From: Mobula hypostoma
Taxonomy: Eukaryota
Reading direction: 5' to 3'
DNA length: 64,000 bases
Assembly (NCBI RefSeq): GCF_963921235.1
Contig: NC_086109.1
Coordinates: 31,188,001-31,252,000, forward strand
The notes under the pieces: model-generated
The model's database searches: none
What the model saw: only the letters and a program-made list of their open reading frames with translations
What the model was told of the DNA's origin: nothing
Shown: in pieces, positions 1-9,751 of the stretch
Position numbering within the stretch: position 1 is the first letter of the stretch
How the letters are laid out: every line of letters begins with the position of its first letter
Position numbers and translations under genes: made by a program

Positions 1-239
1 GGCCTTGGTGAGACCACACCTGGAGTATTGTGTGCAGTTTTGGTCCCCTAATCTGAGGAAAGACATCTTTGCCATAGAGGGAGTACAAAGAAGGTTCACC
101 AGATTGATTCCTGGGATGGCAGGACTTTCATATGAAGAAAGACTGGATGAACTGGGCTTGTACTCGTTGGAATTTAGAAGATTGAGGGGGGATCTGATTG
201 AAACGTATGAGATCCTAAAGGGATTGGACAGGCTAGATG
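1..239 (+). mobile_element. CR1 (HER1-like) LINE, ORF2 C-terminal fragment, young subfamily, cut off on its 3' side
   Basis: ORF 5..274 [14 protein letters not shown]...[11 protein letters not shown]; nearly identical to 4231-4470 and 12270-12509; homology stops after ggctagatg. Confidence 0.92.
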
Positions 240-1083
240 TCCAGGTGACCCAAGGCCCTGTGAAGGGCCAATGAGATCACAACTACTGTAGGCCCATTGT
301 GGTGATAGGCAAATTGCAATTGGTCTAAGTCCTTGCTAAGGAAGGAGTTGATTCTCTCAAAGCATTCATTACCGTAGATGTGAGTGCTACTGGATGATAG
401 TTGTTAAGGCAACACACACTGCTCTTCTTGAGCACTGGTATAACTGTTGTCTTTTTGAAGCAGGTGAGATCTTCCAATAGTAGCAAAGTGAAATTAAAAA
501 TGTCTTTAAACACACCCGCCAGTTGGTTGGCACTAACAGGTACACCATTGGGGCCTGTCTCCTTGCCAGGGTTCGTCCTCTCAAAGGATATTCTGTCATC
601 AGCTTCCAAGACAGAGATCACAGGGTCACCAAATGCTGCAGGGATTCTCATAGCTGTAGTTTTATTCTCTCTTTTAAAGTGTGCATAAAGGGTATTGAGC
701 TCATCTGGCAAGGAAGCATCAGAGCCATTCATGATGTTAAGTTCCTTTTTAGGAAATAATGGACTGCAAACCCTACCAGAGTTGAAGTGCATCTGATTCC
801 ACCTCTAACCTCAATTGTAATTGTTCTTTTGCACTTGAGATAGCCCTCCACAAATTGTGCCTGGCCTTCTTGCACAATTCCTGGTTTACCAGACTTGAAT
901 GCCACAGATCTAGCCCTTAGCAGATTACGACTCTCCTGGTTCCCCCATGTCTTTTGATTTGGTTATGTATGGTATGAGTTTGTATGCAGACACTCACCTA
1001 TGCAGGTTTTAATGAAATCAGTGACAATTGTGACATATTGATTCAGACTAGAAGATGAAGTACTGTCCAGTCCACTGACTCAA
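240..1083 (-). mobile_element. Rex1/Babar LINE, ORF2 fragment (pre-RT and RT start), decayed
   Basis: ORF 325..792: SLPDELN..YAHF, GPNGVP..ANQLAGVFKDIFN, CLNNYHPVALTSTVM; FESVDWTV motif at about 1060-1083 on the minus strand. Confidence 0.85.
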
Positions 1084-1870
1084 AAGTTCATTTATTATTA
1101 AAGTACGTAAGCTGTATACAACTCTGAAATTCGTCTTCTCCAGATAACAATGAAACAAAATAAAACATAGATGTCATTCAAAAAAAAAATCAAATCCACC
1201 CCTACACACATAAAAGAACAGCAAAACAATCATCCACCCCCAAACCCCTCTCCCCACATGAAAAAACTAACAAAATGCACCAATGAGAAAGAGCAGATGA
1301 AAAGACAGAATATAAAAACCATCAGAATGAAAACGTCCACCATCTATAAAAAGTCATTCTATAAACTCAGAACCTCAGTAACATCCTCCAACAGCATCGA
1401 TAGAAAGAGATACCACTCGAACACAGAGGCCTACCCTTCGGCAACAGGAACAACAGGCTGCCACACAGGGTCCTTCTCCAGCAGTGATCAAAAGCAGGCA
1501 GTCAGCACTGAACACTCGCTTGCCTTCGACATTTGCCTCAGTATTTCAATCTTCCTCAACGCTTTAATCAGTGATTAATGGATGCTTTAATCAGCAAAAT
1601 TGAGTCAATAATTATCACACGCCCCATATCTAAGTTTCTTTATTTCAAGGGAACTAGAACAAGTGCTCGCTCTCTGGAATCTTCCTGAGAAAGCCAAATG
1701 CTGGATCACGCAATCAATCTCTAAAATGTAAATTACAGGCTTTAACAATTCCAGAAACACATTTAGGATGAAAAGCAGATGTAAAAGAAGTGAAATAAAC
1801 AGTTTTGTGAACTATTTGGAAGATGTCGATCAAGGGGGTGTTGTGCACCTGCGCCATCATGACTGGAGTC
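1084..1870 (-). mobile_element. Non-coding retroelement with a Rex/Babar-type 3' tail (non-autonomous or SINE-like)
   Basis: Minus-strand 3' end ...tctggagaagacgaatttcagagttgtata...ataataaatgaactt is homologous to the plus-strand end at 2515-2590; likely 5' start atgatggcg near 1852-1860. Confidence 0.55.
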
Positions 1871-2039
1871 CTGAAATCACTCCTCTGCCTCTTAAATCCA
1901 TACCTTCTTGGCACTCTCCACTGGTGCTGAGGTCTTTTGTCTCGGTCTGTACTCAGGGAGTAGAAGTACAGCTAGATGATCTGATTTTCCAATGTGTCGG
2001 CATGGGATGGAATGATAAGCATTCTTAATGGTAGTTTTG

Positions 2040-2590
2040 TGTGCTGGCTGCTTTGGTTCCACAAGTGATATGTTTGTGATATTATTTACTGTAGTTCTGC
2101 CGTATATGGATTGGACTGGACTCTCTTTGGTTTTATATCTGTTATATTCTGTGTTTTCATCCGTTCTTTCTTGTTGTCATCTGAGCAATTTAAATTTGGC
2201 ATGATATGTAAGTTTTTTTTGTGGGGAGGTGTTGGGGTTTGATGTTCTTAGAGTTTGCCCGATTTATTTTGCTGCGGGCGGAAGGGGTTGGTTGCTTTTG
2301 TTGCCACTGTGATTTAAATTGGAGTGATTTGGGTTGGGACTTGATGTTCTCACAGTTTGCCTGATTTGTTTTTCTTCATTGGTTGGTGGGGGGGGGGGGG
2401 TTGATGGTCTTGTTGCACAAAGTAACTTGGTGCAATTTGTAAGTGCTGTTTGTGTGGGGTGGGGGGGGTGGATGTTTTTCTTTGAACTTCCATGGTTTTC
2501 TTTGTTTTGTGGCTATCTGGTGAAGACAAATCTCAGAGTTGCATATTACATGCATACTTCGATAATAAATGAACCTTTGAACCTTTGAAA
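2040..2590 (+). mobile_element. Same-type Rex/Babar-tailed element, plus strand
   Basis: GT-rich body, AATAAA, tail gaacctttgaacctttgaa; 5' boundary uncertain. Confidence 0.55.
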
Positions 2591-2743
2591 CTCTGCAAAA
2601 CTTTGCTTGCTTGACAGTATGTGACAACTCCACATGTTTTCAAGGAAGAACTGCTCTGGTACTTGGAAATAGCAGTGATTAAAAAGGAAAATATAAAGGA
2701 GAAAGGATTAACAGTTAACAAATGCAGGGTCAATATAATCTCT

Positions 2744-3035
2744 TGAACTGAATTGAATTGACTTTATTTCTTATATCATGTATGTGAGGAGTAAAAATCT
2801 TTAAGTTACGTCTCTGTTTAAATGTGCAATGTGCAAATTATAGTAATTTGTAATGTTCAGTAAGATATACAACATAACAGTCAATAAAGCTTAGGAATAC
2901 AATTATGTCAGTGTGAATTAATCAGTCTGATGGTCTGGTGGAAGAAGCAGTCCCGGAACCTGTTGGTCCTGGCTTTAATGCTGTGGTACCATTTCCCGGA
3001 TGGCAGCAGCTGGAAAAGTAAGTGGTTCGGGTGAC
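2744..3035 (-). mobile_element. Rex1/Babar LINE 3' end
   Basis: Minus strand encodes FQLLPSGKWYHSIKARTNRFRDCFFHQTIRLIN, then 3'UTR, AATAAA and a (caatt)n tail. Confidence 0.8.
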
Positions 3036-3231
3036 CTGAATAATGGAAAGCTAATACCCACAAATTGGGTTGATTTGGACTAACTGAGGAAGTTGGAGAG
3101 GAATTTCCCAGAGTTCTTTTTTTCCATTATTTACCTTTATTTCTTAATATTTTTATTCTTATAAGAGAGATTACATTACTCTGAAGTTAGGAGGATGTGT
3201 GTTGTCAAGCTAACCCTAGACTAATGAGTGT

Positions 3232-3536
3232 GAGGGCACCACAGTAGCTTAGCAGTTATCATGATACCATTACAGCTTGGGGTGTTGGAGTTTGGAGTTC
3301 AATTCTGATGCCATCTGTAAAGACTTTGCACGTCCGTTGCCATGAACATATAGGTTTCCTCTGGGTACTCCGATTTCCTCCCATGTTCCCAAGATGTACC
3401 ATTTAGGAGGTTAATTGGTCATCATAAAATTGCCCTGTGATTTGCTGGTGTTAAGTAGGTGGGCTGCTGGGTGATGCAGCTCGTTGGGCAGTGAGGACCT
3501 GTTCCACATTGTATCTCTAAATAAATAAATAAATAA
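3232..3536 (+). mobile_element. tRNA-derived V-SINE (HE1-like)
   Basis: Decayed A/B boxes (tagcttagcagt, ggagttcaattc), V-domain ggtttcctctgggtactccgatttcctccca, CR1-like 3' end, (taaa)n tail. Confidence 0.8.
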
Positions 3537-3696
3537 TCTGTGAATAAAACTGGCACATCCAACAATAGTAGCTACACAAATCCTCAAGTCCACTTTAACA
3601 TTATTGTAATAATTTAACCAAACTCATCCTTGCCATCCTATTCCTAAATCATTTGCTCATTTTACTATTAGAAAGTACTTCATCCTTGATCAACAT

Positions 3697-3776
3697 CAGG
3701 GGGTTCCCAGCCTGGGGTTCATGGGCCCTTTACTTAATGATATTGGTCCATGGCTTAAAATGGTTGGGAACCACTG
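3697..3776. mobile_element. hAT (Charlie-type) MITE, 80 bp
   Basis: TIRs cagggggttcccagcc / ggttgggaaccactg; degenerate 8-bp flanks atcaacat / atctaaaa. Confidence 0.7.
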
Positions 3777-3833
3777 ATCTAAAATATTCTCAATAACAGA
3801 AGAATCACAGCTCTTTGTGGTCAAGAATTTCAA

Positions 3834-4806
3834 ATATATTAATAACTTGGATGAGGGAATTAAATGCAGCATCTCCAAGTTTGCAGATGACACGAAGCTG
3901 GGTAGCAGTGTTAGCAGTGAGGAAGATGCTAAGAGGATGCAGGGTGACTTGGATAGGTTGGGTGAGTGGGCAAACTCATGGCAGATGCAATTTAATGTGG
4001 ATAAATGTGAAGTTATCCACTTTGGTGGCAAAAATAGGAAAACAGATTATTATCTGAATGGTGGCCGATTAGGAAAAGGGGAGGTGCAAGAGACCTGGGT
4101 GTCATTATACACCAGTCATTGAAAGTGGGCATGCAGGTACAGCAGGCGGTGAAAAAGGCGAATGGTATGCTGGCATTTATAGCGAGAGGATTCGAGTACA
4201 GGAGCAGGGAGGTACTACTGCAGTTGTACAAGGCCTTGGTGAGACCACACCTGGAGTATTGTGTGCAGTTTTGGTCCCCTAATCTGAGGAAAGACATCTT
4301 TGCCATACAGGGAGTACAAAGAAGGTTCACCAGATTGATTCCTGGGATGGCAGGACTTTCATATGAAGAAAGACTGGATGAACTGGGCTTGTACTCGTTG
4401 GAATTTAGAAGATTGAGGGGGGATCTGATTGAAACGTATAAGATCCTGAAGGGATTGGACAGGCTAGATGCAGGAAGATTGTTCCCGATGTTGGGGAAGT
4501 CCAGAACGAGGGGTCACAGTTTGAGGATAGAGGGGAAGCCTTTTAGGACCGAGATTAGGAAAAACTTCTTCACACAGATAGTGGTGAATCTGTGGAATTC
4601 TCTGCCACAGGAAACTGTTGAGGCCAGTTCATTGGCTATGTTTAAGAGGGAGTTGGATATGGCCCTTGTGGCTACAGGGGTCAGGGGGTATGGAGGGAAG
4701 GCTGGGGCGGGGTTCTGAGTTGGATGATCAGCCATGATCATAATAAATGGCGGTGCAGGCTCGAAGGGCTGAATGGGCTACTCCCGCACCTATTTTCTAT
4801 GTTTCT
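3834..4806 (+). mobile_element. CR1 LINE, 5'-truncated, young subfamily
   Basis: ORFs 3817..4122 (SKFADDTKL, QMQFNVDKC) and 4119..4718; 3' hairpin and tttctatgtttct tail. Confidence 0.95.
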
Positions 4807-5249
4807 TTCTGCAACACCATAAGTGAAGAAATTTCACCATCTCACACACTTGGATGGCTTACCCTTTTACATGTCTCCAGATTTAGGCTCACTAGCCCGA
4901 AGAACCTCATCTCAGAAAATTACACGGTCATCCCTCTCTGTAAATTGAGTTGCCCCTAATTAGGCACCTCAGCTCTTAGTGTATAGTAGCCAGTGAACCT
5001 TTCATTTGAGCTACCAGTGATGTCAATATAATACCATAGAGCCCTCCTTTGTGACTCTTGTCACTGGAACTATGGTCAATCTGGGGCTTGATTGCAGAGA
5101 AGGAGAGTGGTCATCAGGTGGAAAGAATTGTCTGGAAGTAAGAGATCAGAGTGATGGCCATTAAGTGAACAGTGGAAAGGTACAGGTTGGTTACGAGTGT
5201 AGAAACGTTGAGAATGAGATTGAAAAAGGTAGAACAATGGCATATCTAG

Positions 5250-5545
5250 AAGAGGTGCTTCCTTACAATTCCAGTGATTCGTATTCAATATTGATCCATG
5301 TTTTTCCCATGACTGCATGGATTTCTTCCATGGGCTCCACTTTCTAGAAACAATCTAAAACATGAAGGAGCTAGGTTCATTGGCCATTGTAAATGATTCC
5401 TAGTTACCAGGTGAGCTTGGTGGTTGGAGTAGGGACAGGGTGGAGTTTGGGTTATTGATGGAAATGAGGAAGAGAAGAAAAATAGAATTAGGTAGGATGC
5501 TCAGCAGGAAATGTTGGCTCATTAGCTAAAGAGCTCTATTATGAG
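5250..5545 (+). mobile_element. Decayed V-SINE
   Basis: Degenerate V-domain (gcatggatttcttccatgggctccactttc...attggccattgtaaat). Confidence 0.5.
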
Positions 5546-5894
5546 AAAAGGAGCATGTGATTCACAAATAAAAATTCTCAGTTAAGTTGATCAAAATCCT
5601 AGGATATAATACTCATTTATGTGAACAAATTGTTGAGGGCTAAATACTTCTGTAAAGCAATGTATATCAGTTCTTTCCACTTTGTCCTCACTTGACAATA
5701 ATCACAGGATTCAATCCAGTGTACCTGCATAGCATTGCTTTCAAGACAAGTATATCCTTCCCCAGCAAAGGAATTCAAAACTCCTCATGGTATCCCGGAT
5801 GAAGTCTTGTGTGCAAAACTCCACAGAATTGCAATAAGATTGTACAGGACAAGAGCATGGGAGCACTGTCATGATCAAGTTCACATTCTAGTCA

Positions 5895-6045
5895 CACCCT
5901 GTCCTGACTTGGAAATAAATTATAATTGTCACTAGATTTAAAACCTGGAGCTCTCTACACAAGACTTTGTAGGAGTACCTTCATCAAATAGATTGCAGCA
6001 GGTGAAAAGGTACATGAAGATTTATGATGAGCAATAAATAATGGA
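5895..6045 (+). mobile_element. Old CR1-clade LINE 3' end (second family)
   Basis: ctgacttggaaat...aaaacctggagctctc...gattgcagcagg...gcaataaat; the same family appears on the minus strand at about 23280-23560 and 40850-40930. Confidence 0.45.
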
Positions 6046-7009
6046 GTTATGCAGCACTGAAATATGCCTGCTGTTACATGTCCATGTTGAACTTAGTACC
6101 TTCCTAAGCTGCTCGTATTTGCCTGCCTTTGACCCATCCTGAAAATTAAATGAAAGCTATTGTTTTCTGTTGAAAAAAAAATCCATTTCAAATTTCAACT
6201 AATGTTGGAAAAATGAAAGCATGAAATTAACCTCCTAGCTTTATTAATATTAAAATACAGTTAACGTAGTTTTATCAAATACTATTTTTATCTCTATTAA
6301 ATATCAAAAAATGCATCCAATTGACTGAATGAATGCATAATTTAAAACTACTCCTCATTACATTTTGTTATCAAGCTTTCTTTTTGCAATTAATCCTATC
6401 AAACACAATTATATTTAAATTGCTTTATCATTTTCATTAATAAACATTTATATTTAATTTTTATATTATTCAAAATGAAAGTTTAATATGAAATGCTTGT
6501 CTGAACAATAAATACCCTACTCCCAGTAGGTACTTTCCAGCTATAATTTGTTTCTGTACCAATTTTGTTTCATACATTTTTCATTATAATTTCACTTGCT
6601 ATTATAAAGCTGCACATAGTTGAGGAAGAGAAACGACCAGTCCTTGCCCCGCAAGACATCATAGACTGGTCTGAATACTGAATGTGAGCAATTAATATGC
6701 TCCAGTGCCTCAAGACTGCCTGCACCATTGTTACGGCAGAACTTTTGAAAACTAATACTGAAGAGACATCAGTTAAAGAGAATGAATCCTCTGGAATAAA
6801 GAGCTTTAATGGCATTGTGTTGGAAGATATTGCTGCTTATCAGACGTGACAAAGTGCATGGCGGCTGGAATTTATTCCCTACTGGTTTTAGACATCGGGC
6901 AGTATATGGCTTAAATATGTAGTTTTCATATAGATATCACTATAAATGTATTAAATATGATTGATGAATCACTTGAATGTTAAACTATATTTTTTAGTAT
7001 GGTGGAACC

Positions 7010-8212
7010 CAAGGTGAAAGGATCCATGAATGTGTCGTGTCAAGGCTTCAAGGAATCCCTATTACATGACCATAGTGAGTAAATGAGCTGGAATCAGAAT
7101 TGGGTTGGCCAGAGAAAACAATGTCTTTGTGGAGGGATGTTTTTTCCCTGACTGGAGGTCTATGACTAATAGTTTTCCACACGCATCTGTGCTAGGACTT
7201 CCATTCTGTGTAATATACTGTATCTGTTAATAATTTGGATAAAAATGTAGGCGGTCTGATTATTCAGCCTTCAGAGGGTGAGGAGATTGGTGGAGTAGTG
7301 GATAATGAAGAAGGTTGTCAAAGGACACAGCGGGATATTGATCAATCGGAACTTTGGACAGAGGAATATCAGATTGAGTTTAATCCAAACAAGTATGAGG
7401 TGGTGCATTCTTGTTCGGATGCATAGGGAAAATATATAGTAAATTGTAGGACCTACTGGAGCAGAGGAACAAAGAGATTTTAGGGTGCAAATCCATGGTT
7501 CCCTGAAAATGTCAACATAAGGTGGTAAATTAGTCCTGACGAAGGGTCTCGGCCTGAAACGTCGACTGCGCCTCTTCCTATAGATGCTGCTTGGCCTGCT
7601 GCGTTCACCAGCAACTTTGATGTATGTTGCTTATTCAGTATGCTTGTCTTCATTGGCTGTAGCTCTGAGTATAAAAGTTGGGAAATCGTTTTGCAGCTGT
7701 GTTAAATTTTTAGTTAGGCTGCATTTGGAGTGAATTATTGGTGGATTTTGAGGCTTACAAATGGTGTAGGAAAGCTTCAGCATGATATTGCCTGGACTGG
7801 AGTGTATTGGTTATCAGCTTGGATTATCTTCTTTGGAATATTGGAGGCTGAAGAGGTGACCTCATAGGAGTATATACAATTATGGGAGGACTTAATAGGG
7901 TGGATGGTCAGACTCCTTAGGTGAAAATGTCAAATACTGGAGAGCATAGATTTGAGGTGAGGGAAGAAAAGTTTCAAGGAGATTTGCAGGTCAAGTTCTT
8001 TTTTTACACAGAGCGTGGTGGGTGACTGGAATGTGCTGCCGGGGAGACGGTGGAAGCAGGTAATGTTTAAGAGGCATCGAGAAAGGCACTTGAACAAGCA
8101 GAGAATAGAAGGGACATACTGTGCCCATGAAAATGGGATTGGTTAGATTGGCATCAGAGTTGGAGCAGTCCTGGTGGGCCGAAGAGCCTGTATCTATGTT
8201 AAACTGTTCCAT
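7010..8212 (+). mobile_element. Old CR1 LINE, RT to 3' end, heavily decayed, interrupted at 7531-7632
   Basis: IGGVVDNEEGCQRTQRDIDQ..W.E..QIEFNPNKYEVVH; ttttttacacagagcgtggtg; gggccgaagagcctgt 3' motif. Confidence 0.8.
7531..7632 (+). mobile_element. Penelope-like terminal-repeat fragment containing a minimal hammerhead ribozyme motif
   Basis: agtc-CTGACGA-agggtctcggcct-GAAA-c-GTC-gact; nearly identical to 24833-24925. Confidence 0.75.
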
Positions 8213-8715
8213 ACCCCATCCTTTTGACTTGTGGCTTTCACATGAAATGTGGTTAGTAGAAACATCCATCTCTACAACACAATGGCATGAAATTTGTAGC
8301 AGCATATGGTCTTTTCAGTCTCTATGGAAATTAAGACGTAAGCCCTCACCTTTTCAATCTGTAAATAAATTATGACAGACTTTCCTTTTCTTAATTGCTC
8401 CCAGTGCACACATTAAGAATACCTGTATATTCGTTCATGCTCTAAGCTATTTTATGCAGTCAGACATTTCCATTTGAATTGTGCTGTATAATAAAACATG
8501 TGTTGTAGTACTAGACATTCATTCTGCTGTACTAGTTAGTGCCAATGTTGCATGCTAATGACCATAAACTTTCTCACTTTTATGCAAGCAATTTTGTTGT
8601 ACAGAATGCTTTAAGACTTTATACACATTGTCACCATCATGAGGATATCTAATTGTCTTAACAGAAAAGCTATTGCAGAAATTAAGTTATTTTATTTATC
8701 TGTCAATATTGGCTG

Positions 8716-9010
8716 CTGTTGGCGTTCGTCTAGTGATCTGAAGGTTGCTAGTTCAAGCCTTGGCTGAGGCAGCGTGTTGTGTCCTTGAGCAAGGCACTTA
8801 ACCACATATTGCTCTGCGATGACACCGGTGCCAAGCTGTATGGGTCTTAATGCCCTTCCCTTGGACAACATCGGTGGCGTAGAGAGGGGAGACTTGCAGC
8901 ATGGGCAACTGCTAGTGTTCCATACAACCTTGCCCAGGCCTGCACCCTGGAAACCTTCCAAGGCGCAAATCCATGGTCTCATGAGACTAACGAATGCCTA
9001 TATAAAAAAA
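8716..9010 (+). mobile_element. tRNA-derived CORE-type SINE, 5'-truncated, RTE-like tail
   Basis: B box ctagttcaagcc, CORE-like gtgtccttgagcaaggcacttaacc (shared with 27051-27339), A-rich end, approximate TSD attggctgc / attgctgc. Confidence 0.7.
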
Positions 9011-9224
9011 AATTGCTGCACCAGCTTGTATCTTGTCTGGTGCTCTAACAAGTGGCAGGTGTGTTTATTTTATATTTTCAGAATTATAGACAGTATATCA
9101 TGATGATTAATGTATTAGAAAAGAAAATGGTTTGGATTCATGGAATGTTTTAACTTAAATATTTCAGAACCAATGTTTTACTTTAAATATTAACATTTAT
9201 TATATATTTAAATGGCTGTATTTG

Positions 9225-9428
9225 TTCAAGTTCAAGTTTATTATCATTCAATTGTACATATGTATATAGCTCAATGAAACAACTTTCCTCAAGGACTAAA
9301 GTGCAGGACATATATTACATACAGCACATAAAATAATATTGGCACAAAATAATATAATATAGTATAATATTTACAGATTAAAAGCTATTCTACAGATGTA
9401 CAAGTTGAAATAAAGTGCATATGTGATA
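9225..9428 (-). mobile_element. Rex/Babar-type 3'UTR (appears to continue at about 13128-13230)
   Basis: Plus strand ttcaagttcaagtttatt equals AATAAA plus a (cttgaa)n tail on the minus strand. Confidence 0.55.
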
Positions 9429-9482
9429 TACAGAACTGTACAAAACTGTTAGTCATCTAGAAGCTAGGAGCTAGGAAGGGAG

Positions 9483-9746
9483 TTGAGAAAAAGGACCGCA
9501 AAGGTAGTAATCTCGGGATTACTGCCTGTGCCACGCGACAGTGAGAGTAGGAATGCGATGAGGTGGAGGATAAATGTGTGGCTGAGGGATTGGAGCAGGG
9601 GGCAGGGATTCAAGTTTTTGGATCATTGGGACCTCTATTGGTGCAGGCGTGACCTGTACAAAAAGGACGGGTTACACTTGAATCCTAGGGGGACCAATAT
9701 CCTGGCAGGGAGATTAGCGTGGGCTACTGAGGTGACTTTAAACTAG
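9483..9746 (+). pseudogene. CR1 ORF1 C-terminal SGNH/GDSL esterase domain (partial)
   Basis: VVISGLLPVPR...INVWLRDW...FLDHWD...YKKDGLHLNPRGTNILA, with the DxxH catalytic block. Confidence 0.85.
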
Positions 9747-9751
9747 AATGG

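Noticed and set aside
6570..6850. Minus-strand 81-aa ORF, or plus-strand TGA read-through as a selenoprotein
   Set aside because: No recognisable homology, weak acceptor, no SECIS seen.
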